The notes under the pieces are model-generated. The model saw nothing but the letters and a program-made list of their open reading frames with translations. It searched no databases and had not been told where the DNA came from. The position numbers and the translations under genes are program-made. A DNA stretch of 64,000 bases from a virus, in IMG/VR virus record IMGVR_UViG_3300037485_001282, positions 1-64,000 of that record; one strand, written 5' to 3'. Shown piece by piece: positions 56,673-64,000 of this stretch (its first letter is position 1; the number at the start of each line of letters is the position of its first letter).

Positions 56673-57526
56673 AAATACAGATTTTCTCAGACTTTGCCAC
56701 TCCTTCAGAAATTCTAGGAGCTATGCGTTCCTGGGGCAAGGATATTCAGTATAAAAATATTGAATTTGTGTGTGACAATAATTTCTCTCACGCTGTAATT
56801 ATTAATACAGCAACTCCATCTCTTTCTATACCAAAAGAAAATGTGATGACTTTTATGTGGGAACCATATGAGCTTTTAAATATGCCAAGGTTTATGGAAT
56901 ACAATAAGCAACATAGTGGATGCATAATTAACCACGATAAAAACTTCATGAATGGTCCTATTGTTAAAGAATGGATTCCATTTCTACCGCCACTTCCACT
57001 AAATCAAACTTATAATCCAATCAAAACCAATGTAATGAGCATAATAGCCTCAACGAAATCATACTTACCTGGACATTCACTAAGACATCAAATAATCCAA
57101 AGAATTCTTAAATCTGATTTAGATATTCATATATATGGAAACGGTATAGAAAGTATATACGGTAAAGAAGATAAAAGAATTAAAGGAACTCTAGTTAATA
57201 AAGAAGATGGGCTTCTTCCGTATCTATATACTATATCTTTAGAAAACACAAGATATAACTATTATGTTACAGAAAAATTCACAGATCCTATTATTTGTGG
57301 ATGTGTTCCTCTTTATTGGGGTGCTAATTGCATAACTAATGTTTATGGAAACGAATCTCATTTTGATCTACCAAATACAACTAACGCCGATGAGATATTT
57401 GATTGTATTAAAGTGATTTTTAATAACCCATCAAAGTACCTTAAAGATACTTCAAAGGTTATTAATCAACTAAAAGGTACTAATAATTTACCTCATTATA
57501 TTTGGAGTCACTTCAACGAGAAGTAA
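56669..57526 (+). CDS. GT10 fucosyltransferase-like protein
   Basis: SIIAS.K..GH.LR, IYGNG, KEDGLLPYLYTISLEN..YVTEKF.DP..GCVPLYWG; ATG at 56669 overlaps the previous stop. Confidence 0.85.
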   Translation: MKIQIFSDFATPSEILGAMRSWGKDIQYKNIEFVCDNNFSHAVIINTATPSLSIPKENVMTFMWEPYELLNMPRFMEYNKQHSGCIINHDKNFMNGPIVKEWIPFLPPLPLNQTYNPIKTNVMSIIASTKSYLPGHSLRHQIIQRILKSDLDIHIYGNGIESIYGKEDKRIKGTLVNKEDGLLPYLYTISLENTRYNYYVTEKFTDPIICGCVPLYWGANCITNVYGNESHFDLPNTTNADEIFDCIKVIFNNPSKYLKDTSKVINQLKGTNNLPHYIWSHFNEK

Positions 57527-58340
57527 AGTTAAGATTCATTTCGAAATGTGGGCTAGGGGTCATTAGATCATAAATCCCATTAGTATCTATTATAGCCCCT
57601 TTAAGAAACTTAGAGTTAATCTCTTCGGCTGTTAATAGACAAGTTACTCCAGCGTGATTTCCATTTTCTTCTTGGACTTTATTTGCTGGGATATTTAGTA
57701 TCTTAGCCTTTTCAAAACAAAGCATAGATTTTCTATTTCTTGGTGAATTTGCTGCTAAGTAAGATTCAAATGTGTTGGGAGCTTTATATGGCGCATTTTC
57801 TATTGTTGAGATAATATCAAACGTTCTGAACAAATGACCATCCACGGACATTGGATAACCCCAGTCGCTAGGGTATCCATGAAATAGATCATTATTAGCG
57901 GCATCGATCCAGTTCCACAAAAAGTTATGTAATTTCGGAATCTTCACGTCTCTTTTTTGGGTATAGCATTTACTAATATAAGGAGCCATTCTCAAAGATA
58001 CTGTTAAAATATCTTCATGATACATGAAAGTTTTAATTGGAGTTTCTTCTAACCCAAATCGTCTAATGAAAACATTATCATCAACTAAAAACATAGTATA
58101 TTCATCTGCTCTAGTTACTAGTTGAATTAAATCATTTTTAAAATTATGTTCTCTAATAAAATTAAATTCAGGGTGTAGTTTCATTAATAAACTATACCCA
58201 GCATCAAATTCTTCGGTAGTTGATTTATATAAAATGGAAATTCTATTCTCATTCCATTTAACAAACTTTTCTTTAATTGAACGTAAAAGCAACTCTAATT
58301 GGCATGCTCTGTTCTTTGAGAATATTACTATGTTAACCAT
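57513..58340 (-). CDS. GT-A fold glycosyltransferase-like protein
   Basis: IVIFSKNRACQLELLLRSI, MFLVDDNVF, WGYPMSVDGH, PNTFE. Confidence 0.7.
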   Translation of the reverse strand: MVNIVIFSKNRACQLELLLRSIKEKFVKWNENRISILYKSTTEEFDAGYSLLMKLHPEFNFIREHNFKNDLIQLVTRADEYTMFLVDDNVFIRRFGLEETPIKTFMYHEDILTVSLRMAPYISKCYTQKRDVKIPKLHNFLWNWIDAANNDLFHGYPSDWGYPMSVDGHLFRTFDIISTIENAPYKAPNTFESYLAANSPRNRKSMLCFEKAKILNIPANKVQEENGNHAGVTCLLTAEEINSKFLKGAIIDTNGIYDLMTPSPHFEMNLNFTSR

Positions 58341-58350
58341 TGGTTTGTTC

Positions 58351-59037
58351 CTAGATTCTTGAAGCGTAGAATTTTTCGACTGGGAATTGCCAACTAGTGT
58401 TATGAGGCGGGGGTCCAGTTTTTCCCCCAGGTGATTCTAGTTCCAATATATCACCGTACAAATTTACTTCAGATAAGTTATATCCTTCTTCTTCAAAAAA
58501 GAAACCATATCCACCCTCAAGGCATCCAACGTCTCCACGGGAACTTGGAAGTAACTTATCTACTCCTTTTGCTTCCAGTTTCTCCATTAAGGTTCTTTTT
58601 ATAAAAAACAGAGGACCATAACAGCCTTTTCCATTAAACTTATCTGGAGTGTAACTATATCCAGTTTCGTTAGTTATCTTCTCAGCCCAGGCATTAAATG
58701 AAGGAGCTACTGTTCTATTAAAAGTTGCTAGAGTTACTAAATCTCGTTCCTTTAAATAATCCAAATTGGCTTTTATTCGCATAGTATCGTGAAGGAAATA
58801 GTAGAAATCTCTTTTATATTTCTTAAAGGCATGCCAATAAGCGCCTATCATCCAATTTTTGTTACCAACATCTTCTATTATTACATTATATGGTTTAAGT
58901 AAATCAAAATAAGACTTATCATCTGAGTCACTATCAACTACTACTATTTCCTCAGTTGGATGAAAGTTCCTAATATCTTGAACTAATGGTAAAATGTGGT
59001 TATTCTTTGATGAATACTTACATGGGATAACAAACAT
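58351..59037 (-). CDS. GT2-like glycosyltransferase
   Basis: FVIPC, IVVVDSDS, YYFLHD. Confidence 0.65.
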   Translation of the reverse strand: MFVIPCKYSSKNNHILPLVQDIRNFHPTEEIVVVDSDSDDKSYFDLLKPYNVIIEDVGNKNWMIGAYWHAFKKYKRDFYYFLHDTMRIKANLDYLKERDLVTLATFNRTVAPSFNAWAEKITNETGYSYTPDKFNGKGCYGPLFFIKRTLMEKLEAKGVDKLLPSSRGDVGCLEGGYGFFFEEEGYNLSEVNLYGDILELESPGGKTGPPPHNTSWQFPVEKFYASRI

Positions 59038-59048
59038 TTAAATTCCTT

Positions 59049-59516
59049 TTAAAAATAATTAAAAATGTAATCGGTGCAAATACCTAAACAAGACCGAAGA
59101 TCCTGATTTGAATAAGTTACTCTATGATTCTCTGGTAATACGCATATACTATTGGAAGTCAATTTTTTCCCTGGATAAGCCCATATAAAGTTCCTTGAAG
59201 TTAATACGAAATCATCTTTATCGTGAAAGAAACAATTATGTGTGTCTTTTAAGGAGAATAAAGCATCTAGGTTTTTACAGTGAACCCAAAGATGATCATA
59301 GTAACTATCAAGGAAATCTGTAGAAACTGGATATTGAGGATAATCATGTCCTAAGAAAAACCGATTATCTTCTTTCCATACATCTATTTCAACATCAAAC
59401 GAAAATTCGGTAATACAAAGTTTTATTTGAGTTATTGTGTTTTCTGTTTTTGGGTCTGGTCCATTTAAATTACCTCGATGGGAAATACGATACTGATTAT
59501 ACTTCGAATTTATCAT
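59049..59516 (-). CDS. Short glycerophosphodiester phosphodiesterase-like protein
   Basis: ISHRGNLNGP, ENT, DVEIDVW, LGHD, WVHCKN, GICTD. Confidence 0.8.
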   Translation of the reverse strand: MINSKYNQYRISHRGNLNGPDPKTENTITQIKLCITEFSFDVEIDVWKEDNRFFLGHDYPQYPVSTDFLDSYYDHLWVHCKNLDALFSLKDTHNCFFHDKDDFVLTSRNFIWAYPGKKLTSNSICVLPENHRVTYSNQDLRSCLGICTDYIFNYF

Positions 59517-59817
59517 TTTTCGCTCCAGGAACCTTAACTACAACAGTTTTAGTATCCTCTAATACTCTAAAATCAGTAACTTCTAGTGGATTGATGATAA
59601 TAATATCTCCTTTTTTATACTGGATATTATTCATCTCAACTAATCCATCTGATAGAAAAGTAATTTCAGTGGCTATTTTATGATAATGCCCTGGATGATA
59701 CTCTCCCTTTTTGTATTCCTTATAAGCAACTTCGCAACTACTTGTGCTAAAAGCTACTGGAGTAATATCGCCAACAAACCACCCCTTTATCATGTTTTCT
59801 ATATTAAAAACGTTCAT
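59497..59817 (-). CDS. Cupin domain protein
   Basis: MIKGWFVGD, HYHKIATEIT, GDIIII.P, VVVKVPG..NDK. Confidence 0.8.
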   Translation of the reverse strand: MNVFNIENMIKGWFVGDITPVAFSTSSCEVAYKEYKKGEYHPGHYHKIATEITFLSDGLVEMNNIQYKKGDIIIINPLEVTDFRVLEDTKTVVVKVPGAKNDKFEV

Positions 59818-60605
59818 ATTACACCCTGTCCCCTTTCTAAACTTTCTATTTTTCTTTGGTCATAGTGTTGGTAATCATGCACTAACTCTGAATCTGGTAT
59901 AACTAGTCTTCTCAACTCTTCCCCAGTCGCATCGGACATTTCAGTAAAATATCTTCCCTTTTCCTTTAAGAGTCGATTTGTCGAATGTCTATTGAAAGAC
60001 ACATTGTATTTTTTCTGTAAAGCGTGGCACCATCTAAAGTCTTCACCGTCACCCCAACTTAACGCTTCTTCTAATGGAAACTCATGCATTATTTGCTTCT
60101 TGCCAACCCAATAATATCCGCCAATTACCACAAAGTGATTCAAATGAGTAATATCGTGTGGAATTAAATATGCTGGAGTTATTAGTTTATTAGTTAAGTA
60201 AGTATTTAGTTTCTCTGATCGGGCTGGGGAAACTATCCAATCTCTAAATCTTTCTCCAGTAACACAGTATATTCTATTGGAACATACATTAAAGTTATTA
60301 CCAAATTTAAGGAATCCTTCGTACCAATCTGGATCATAGGTTAAATAGTCATGTGAATAAACTACGTTCTCATATCTAGCTAACCAAGTAATTATGTTCT
60401 TTTTTCTAGTTATCCAATTCGGCTTTATTGATTCATTAAATGGGATATGTGATGTATTCTTTCGACATGGATTATTACCGCCAACTATAATTACTTCATA
60501 ACTATCTTCTGGGATATTTAGTCTTTCAATAGAGTCTATAATAGTATTAATTCTAAAAAGATTATCTGGATGTGGGAACGTAATTATTCCAAAAGTAAAT
60601 TTCAT
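59814..60605 (-). CDS. GT2-like glycosyltransferase
   Basis: FTFGIIT, YEVIIVGG, WITRKKN, HDY, LSWGDGED. Confidence 0.75.
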   Translation of the reverse strand: MKFTFGIITFPHPDNLFRINTIIDSIERLNIPEDSYEVIIVGGNNPCRKNTSHIPFNESIKPNWITRKKNIITWLARYENVVYSHDYLTYDPDWYEGFLKFGNNFNVCSNRIYCVTGERFRDWIVSPARSEKLNTYLTNKLITPAYLIPHDITHLNHFVVIGGYYWVGKKQIMHEFPLEEALSWGDGEDFRWCHALQKKYNVSFNRHSTNRLLKEKGRYFTEMSDATGEELRRLVIPDSELVHDYQHYDQRKIESLERGQGVI

Positions 60606-61585
60606 GGTTGGGTTTCCTTTAAATATTCTTTCATAGCGTTAAAAAACAAGTCTGCTATTTCTTTGTAATATACTCTACCTGTTACGTTTATGGTGTTATA
60701 TGCAGGATGTACGGCGAAAGCGTTATTAATGAATACCATTTTTAAATTATGAATTTGTCTAAACTTATTAACTGGAACTTCATCGAAGTCATCAACATAA
60801 AGTGATCTATTATTAATTATCTCAGCGTATCTATCGGTTCTAATAGCAAAGAAACTATTACAGTAATAGGGTCTATTATTATCAAAATTAAAACTTAGTT
60901 CCTTGTTTTCAAACAGCCGAGGGATTCTTTCGATAATTCTTTCATTGAGGTACTGTTGGGCTTCTAAAGAAACTCTTATTGGGTGGATCCCCATGAAATG
61001 ATGGTTATTAGTTGCTACAAGAGAATAGAAAGACTCTATATTCCAATTAGGCGCATGAATAGTCGCTGAGTTCAGTCTCTCATAATTTGCTCCCCAGATA
61101 TTATCTATATGAGTATTCTTGAAGATAGAATATAAATGTTGCTTTATATGATCTTCATCTTTAAAGAAATTATCTATAAACATATCTACAGTAGGAATAC
61201 CAGTTGATAGAAGAGGAGCAACAAACAAATTATTATTATCATCTAGAACATTAATGTTTTCTATCAAAAAATCCCAAGTTTTAGTAGTAACGAAAACGTC
61301 TTCATCTAGTTTAACACAATATTTACCGCTAGTCTCTACACTATTTTTTATCCGCATCATATATTCGTTGTAAAAAGGCGAATAAAGAGTAGTGTTAATT
61401 CCGTTAGAGTCTAAATCAGCTTTAATAGCATCCCAGTCTCTTCTCCCACAACCAGTATGAGACCCATAAAGATTTACGCTTATCTTTTGTTTATTTTCTG
61501 GCTTAATTCTTTTAAGCTGATGAAAAATTTCATCAAGGTACATGGGGCGAGCAAGAGGGATAGCGTTAATAGTAATTAGGCTCAT
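60602..61585 (-). CDS. GT-A fold glycosyltransferase-like protein
   Basis: YCVKLDEDVF, DE, HPAYNT; cluster context. Confidence 0.6.
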   Translation of the reverse strand: MSLITINAIPLARPMYLDEIFHQLKRIKPENKQKISVNLYGSHTGCGRRDWDAIKADLDSNGINTTLYSPFYNEYMMRIKNSVETSGKYCVKLDEDVFVTTKTWDFLIENINVLDDNNNLFVAPLLSTGIPTVDMFIDNFFKDEDHIKQHLYSIFKNTHIDNIWGANYERLNSATIHAPNWNIESFYSLVATNNHHFMGIHPIRVSLEAQQYLNERIIERIPRLFENKELSFNFDNNRPYYCNSFFAIRTDRYAEIINNRSLYVDDFDEVPVNKFRQIHNLKMVFINNAFAVHPAYNTINVTGRVYYKEIADLFFNAMKEYLKETQP

Positions 61586-62142
61586 TATTTTTTCTCGATA
61601 AAGCAGATTTTGTTATTAAAGATACTAAGCGACTTAATATCTTCCCGTTGAAGAGCCTGGAGGTAACTTAAAATAGAAGGACCATAGGGATTATACTCTG
61701 GGACATCTGAAATATGTAAATCTTCAATGACATATATTCCACCTGAATTTACGTTAGGAAATATAGTCTCAAAACTAATGATAGTAAGTGGAGAAACGTG
61801 AGAAGCATCGTCTATTACAATATCATAGTTACCTGATCTTTTATGGATTTCATTCAGTGCGTCTTTGTCTGTCTGTGAACAAAAAGTAAAATGTACTCTA
61901 CTAGAATCAAACTTAGCTGGACATTTACCTTCTTTATCATTATCAAGGCACCAAATTTCGGCATTTGGCATATACTCTAGCCACAAGTTTATAGACCAAC
62001 CTTCTCTAACCCCGAGTTCAAATAAATTTAGTTTATCGTTTCTACGTGGCTCGAAGTATCTCTCATAGAATGGAGTGTATGAGTGTCCGTTTTTGGATTG
62101 TTTGTCTGTTCCATGCTTAATCGCTAATTCTTCTAAGTTCAT
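61585..62142 (-). CDS. Class I SAM-dependent methyltransferase (sugar O-methyltransferase-like)
   Basis: HGTDK, HSY..Y, LFELGV..G.S, DIVIDDASH, GGIYVIEDL. Confidence 0.85.
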   Translation of the reverse strand: MNLEELAIKHGTDKQSKNGHSYTPFYERYFEPRRNDKLNLFELGVREGWSINLWLEYMPNAEIWCLDNDKEGKCPAKFDSSRVHFTFCSQTDKDALNEIHKRSGNYDIVIDDASHVSPLTIISFETIFPNVNSGGIYVIEDLHISDVPEYNPYGPSILSYLQALQREDIKSLSIFNNKICFIEKK

Positions 62143-62759
62143 TTTTCCTCGTATCTCTGCCTTGGATAAGCGTGTAAGTGTCTCTCAAATACTGAAATTC
62201 CACAATCATGAGCCGAAAAGTTCTTCCCGTTACTATTAGATCCTATCCAAAACTCATTCTTGTGTCTTTCAGTAAATGGAGAAAAAGTTTCTTTAATTGG
62301 CTTTAAGTTCCTTAAGTAGCTTGAATTGGCCCACCAGAAGTTCCCAGAGTAGTGTCTAACAGGTTCTAATCTAAAATCCACACCATAAGTATCATAAGTA
62401 TCTAAAGCGACTAGAGCGTCTCTAAATCGCTCACAATTGAAATAAAACATATATTCTCGCCAGTCTCTAATATTAGGATTCTCGTTAGTTACTCCCTTAG
62501 TATGCATATAGAGAATCTTACCATTATCAACTTTAGATAGTTCCTCAATTCGACTTAAAGTTCCGTATTCGCCTTCATTGTTTCCATTTTTAATTATAGT
62601 AACTTTTTTTAGATTACAATAAGGAACTTGATCGCCCTCATAGCATAAATTAATAGAGTCACAAAAATTAAAAAACTCGGAGCCTTTATTAAAATAATAA
62701 TCTAATATTTCCTGGAAGTTATTAACTGAGTAACAATGGATGAAACAATTTACGCTCAT
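62139..62759 (-). CDS. Glycan biosynthesis protein (YxHTKG family, putative glycosyltransferase)
   Basis: EYGTL, LYMHTKG, DWREYM, HYSGNFWWA, E.WIG. Confidence 0.65.
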   Translation of the reverse strand: MSVNCFIHCYSVNNFQEILDYYFNKGSEFFNFCDSINLCYEGDQVPYCNLKKVTIIKNGNNEGEYGTLSRIEELSKVDNGKILYMHTKGVTNENPNIRDWREYMFYFNCERFRDALVALDTYDTYGVDFRLEPVRHYSGNFWWANSSYLRNLKPIKETFSPFTERHKNEFWIGSNSNGKNFSAHDCGISVFERHLHAYPRQRYEEK

Positions 62760-63472
62760 AGTAACGCAACACCCATATTGACTACTTTATCTCTGTTTTC
62801 TGTGTTCCATTCTTCAAAGTCCCATTTGGGTGTCTTTATATCATTAAAGAAACGACGAACTTCCCTAAGTCTATAATCCCAAATATCATCTAAGATAATT
62901 AAAGTATTTTTATTAGAAACTAATTTAGAATAGTTCCAATCAAATCCAACCCCATCGTAACTATGGTCGCCGTCAATATAGATCATGTCATAGCCTTTAA
63001 GTGGCTTTATTGACTGAAGATATTTAGAGTTCTTTTCAAAAATTTGCTCGTTAGTTAATTCTAGGAAACCACTGTCTTTAGTTTCTTGATCGGTTTCTTT
63101 CCAATCATCATAGATTGTCTTATGTGGCATCCAAATGTGCTTAGAAACTCTTTTGGACTTGGGAAAATTGTTTTGAATCCCATCGTATCCACCTTGTTTA
63201 ATGTCGAATGAATCAACGTGACCTATTGGAGAATCCTCACCGTATATTTCATCCAGACTAAATCCCATTTGATCTGAAGTTCCAAAATGCCACGATCCAA
63301 TTTCTAAAATATTTTCAGGTTTCAACATTCTAATAAGTGTCTTTACGCCACTTCTAGTATTAATTGAACACCCACCGAATTTTTCATGAATTAAAGTATT
63401 TGGGTACTCAACATCTGGGCGATGCTGAAAGTTACTTTTAAAATTATCTTTAATAAAATCTATTAAGCTCAT
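62756..63472 (-). CDS. Class I SAM-dependent methyltransferase (Methyltransf_24-like)
   Basis: ILEIGSW.G.S, YDMIYIDGDHSY, IILDD. Confidence 0.85.
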   Translation of the reverse strand: MSLIDFIKDNFKSNFQHRPDVEYPNTLIHEKFGGCSINTRSGVKTLIRMLKPENILEIGSWHFGTSDQMGFSLDEIYGEDSPIGHVDSFDIKQGGYDGIQNNFPKSKRVSKHIWMPHKTIYDDWKETDQETKDSGFLELTNEQIFEKNSKYLQSIKPLKGYDMIYIDGDHSYDGVGFDWNYSKLVSNKNTLIILDDIWDYRLREVRRFFNDIKTPKWDFEEWNTENRDKVVNMGVALL

Positions 63473-64000
63473 AAAGTTCCTTTAAAGTTACTCAAAAAGT
63501 AATTAAGATCCTCTGGAGTTCCTAGACCCCATACCTTTTCGACATCAAAGATCTTTATTTTCTTAGATTCCTGAATTGCCTCATTATAAACTGGGGCAAC
63601 GTAGAATTCATTATTAACTCTAATGTTCTTAGCGATCATATTTTCGGCGTATCTAACATAATCATTTCCTTTAGCCCAATAATAGATACCAACAGTTGCT
63701 CTATCAGAAATTACGATCTTTTCAGCCAATTCAGTGACATAATTTTCTTCATCGACTTTAACGTAACTCCATTTTGGCGAAGTATTTTTAAAAGTTAATA
63801 TGCTACCATCGCATTTTCCTGTAGTGATCGAATACATAAACTCCGAACTACTCCATTCCATAAATTGGTCACAGTTGGCGATTAATAGTGGCTCATCTGT
63901 ATTGATAACATCTTTTGCTAGAAGAGTAGTACATGCTGCGCCTTCTGTAAGTTTATCTACACATATAATATTACAGTTTGGGGTGATGACGTTTAACATA
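63469..64000 (-). CDS. Sugar-phosphate nucleotidyltransferase-like protein, 5' end probably outside window
   Basis: TEGAACTTLLA, LLIANCDQ, KWSYV, AEK..IS..ATVGIYYW, RVNNEFYVAPVYNE, GLGTPEDL. Confidence 0.85.
   Translation of the reverse strand, partial: MLNVITPNCNIICVDKLTEGAACTTLLAKDVINTDEPLLIANCDQFMEWSSSEFMYSITTGKCDGSILTFKNTSPKWSYVKVDEENYVTELAEKIVISDRATVGIYYWAKGNDYVRYAENMIAKNIRVNNEFYVAPVYNEAIQESKKIKIFDVEKVWGLGTPEDLNYFLSNFKGTL

Noticed and set aside
54127-62068. Antisense ORFs in the glycan cluster (54127..54444, 54686..54898, 55757..55963, 59435..59683, 59680..59865, 61865..62068)
   Set aside because: Shadows of motif-bearing genes on the opposite strand.
1-64000. Alternative genetic code (stop codon reassignment)
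   Set aside because: Code 11 gives dense, full-length genes up to 2478 aa, and TAA, TAG and TGA all end genes at tight junctions.
1-64000. Eukaryotic giant virus or bacterial chromosome origin, suggested by the glycosyltransferases and ligA
   Set aside because: Shine-Dalgarno sites, T4-like baseplate genes, TATAAATA late promoters and phage-style gene packing indicate a bacteriophage.

Overview
An AT-rich, gene-dense segment of a large myovirus (jumbo phage with T4-superfamily features), almost all on the minus strand. Left to right: a TnpB-like RuvC nuclease gene running off the left edge (missed by the ORF track); about 10 kb of small accessory genes (HExxH peptidase, ATP-grasp, nucleoside deoxyribosyltransferase-like, GMP reductase); a 27 kb baseplate/tail-appendage module (gp5-, gp25-, gp6- and gp7-like genes plus very large proteins sharing a lectin-like beta-sandwich module); NAD-dependent DNA ligase; three glycosyltransferases; a fractured ribonucleotide reductase; a 1363-aa multi-domain protein with an ADP-ribosyltransferase-like domain; and a 10 kb glycan biosynthesis cluster continuing past the right edge. 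The best-supported unusual locus is the reductase. It is split into two genes joined by a naturally split intein (93-aa IntN, 47-aa IntC) at a GGVRR|SA site. A Vsr-like homing endonuclease lies between the halves, with its RBS buried in a hairpin containing a TATAAATA late promoter, and a second, contiguous mini-intein sits at the catalytic NP|CCEI cysteine. All calls come from motif recognition by eye; no searches were run. No tRNA, rRNA or CRISPR array was seen.
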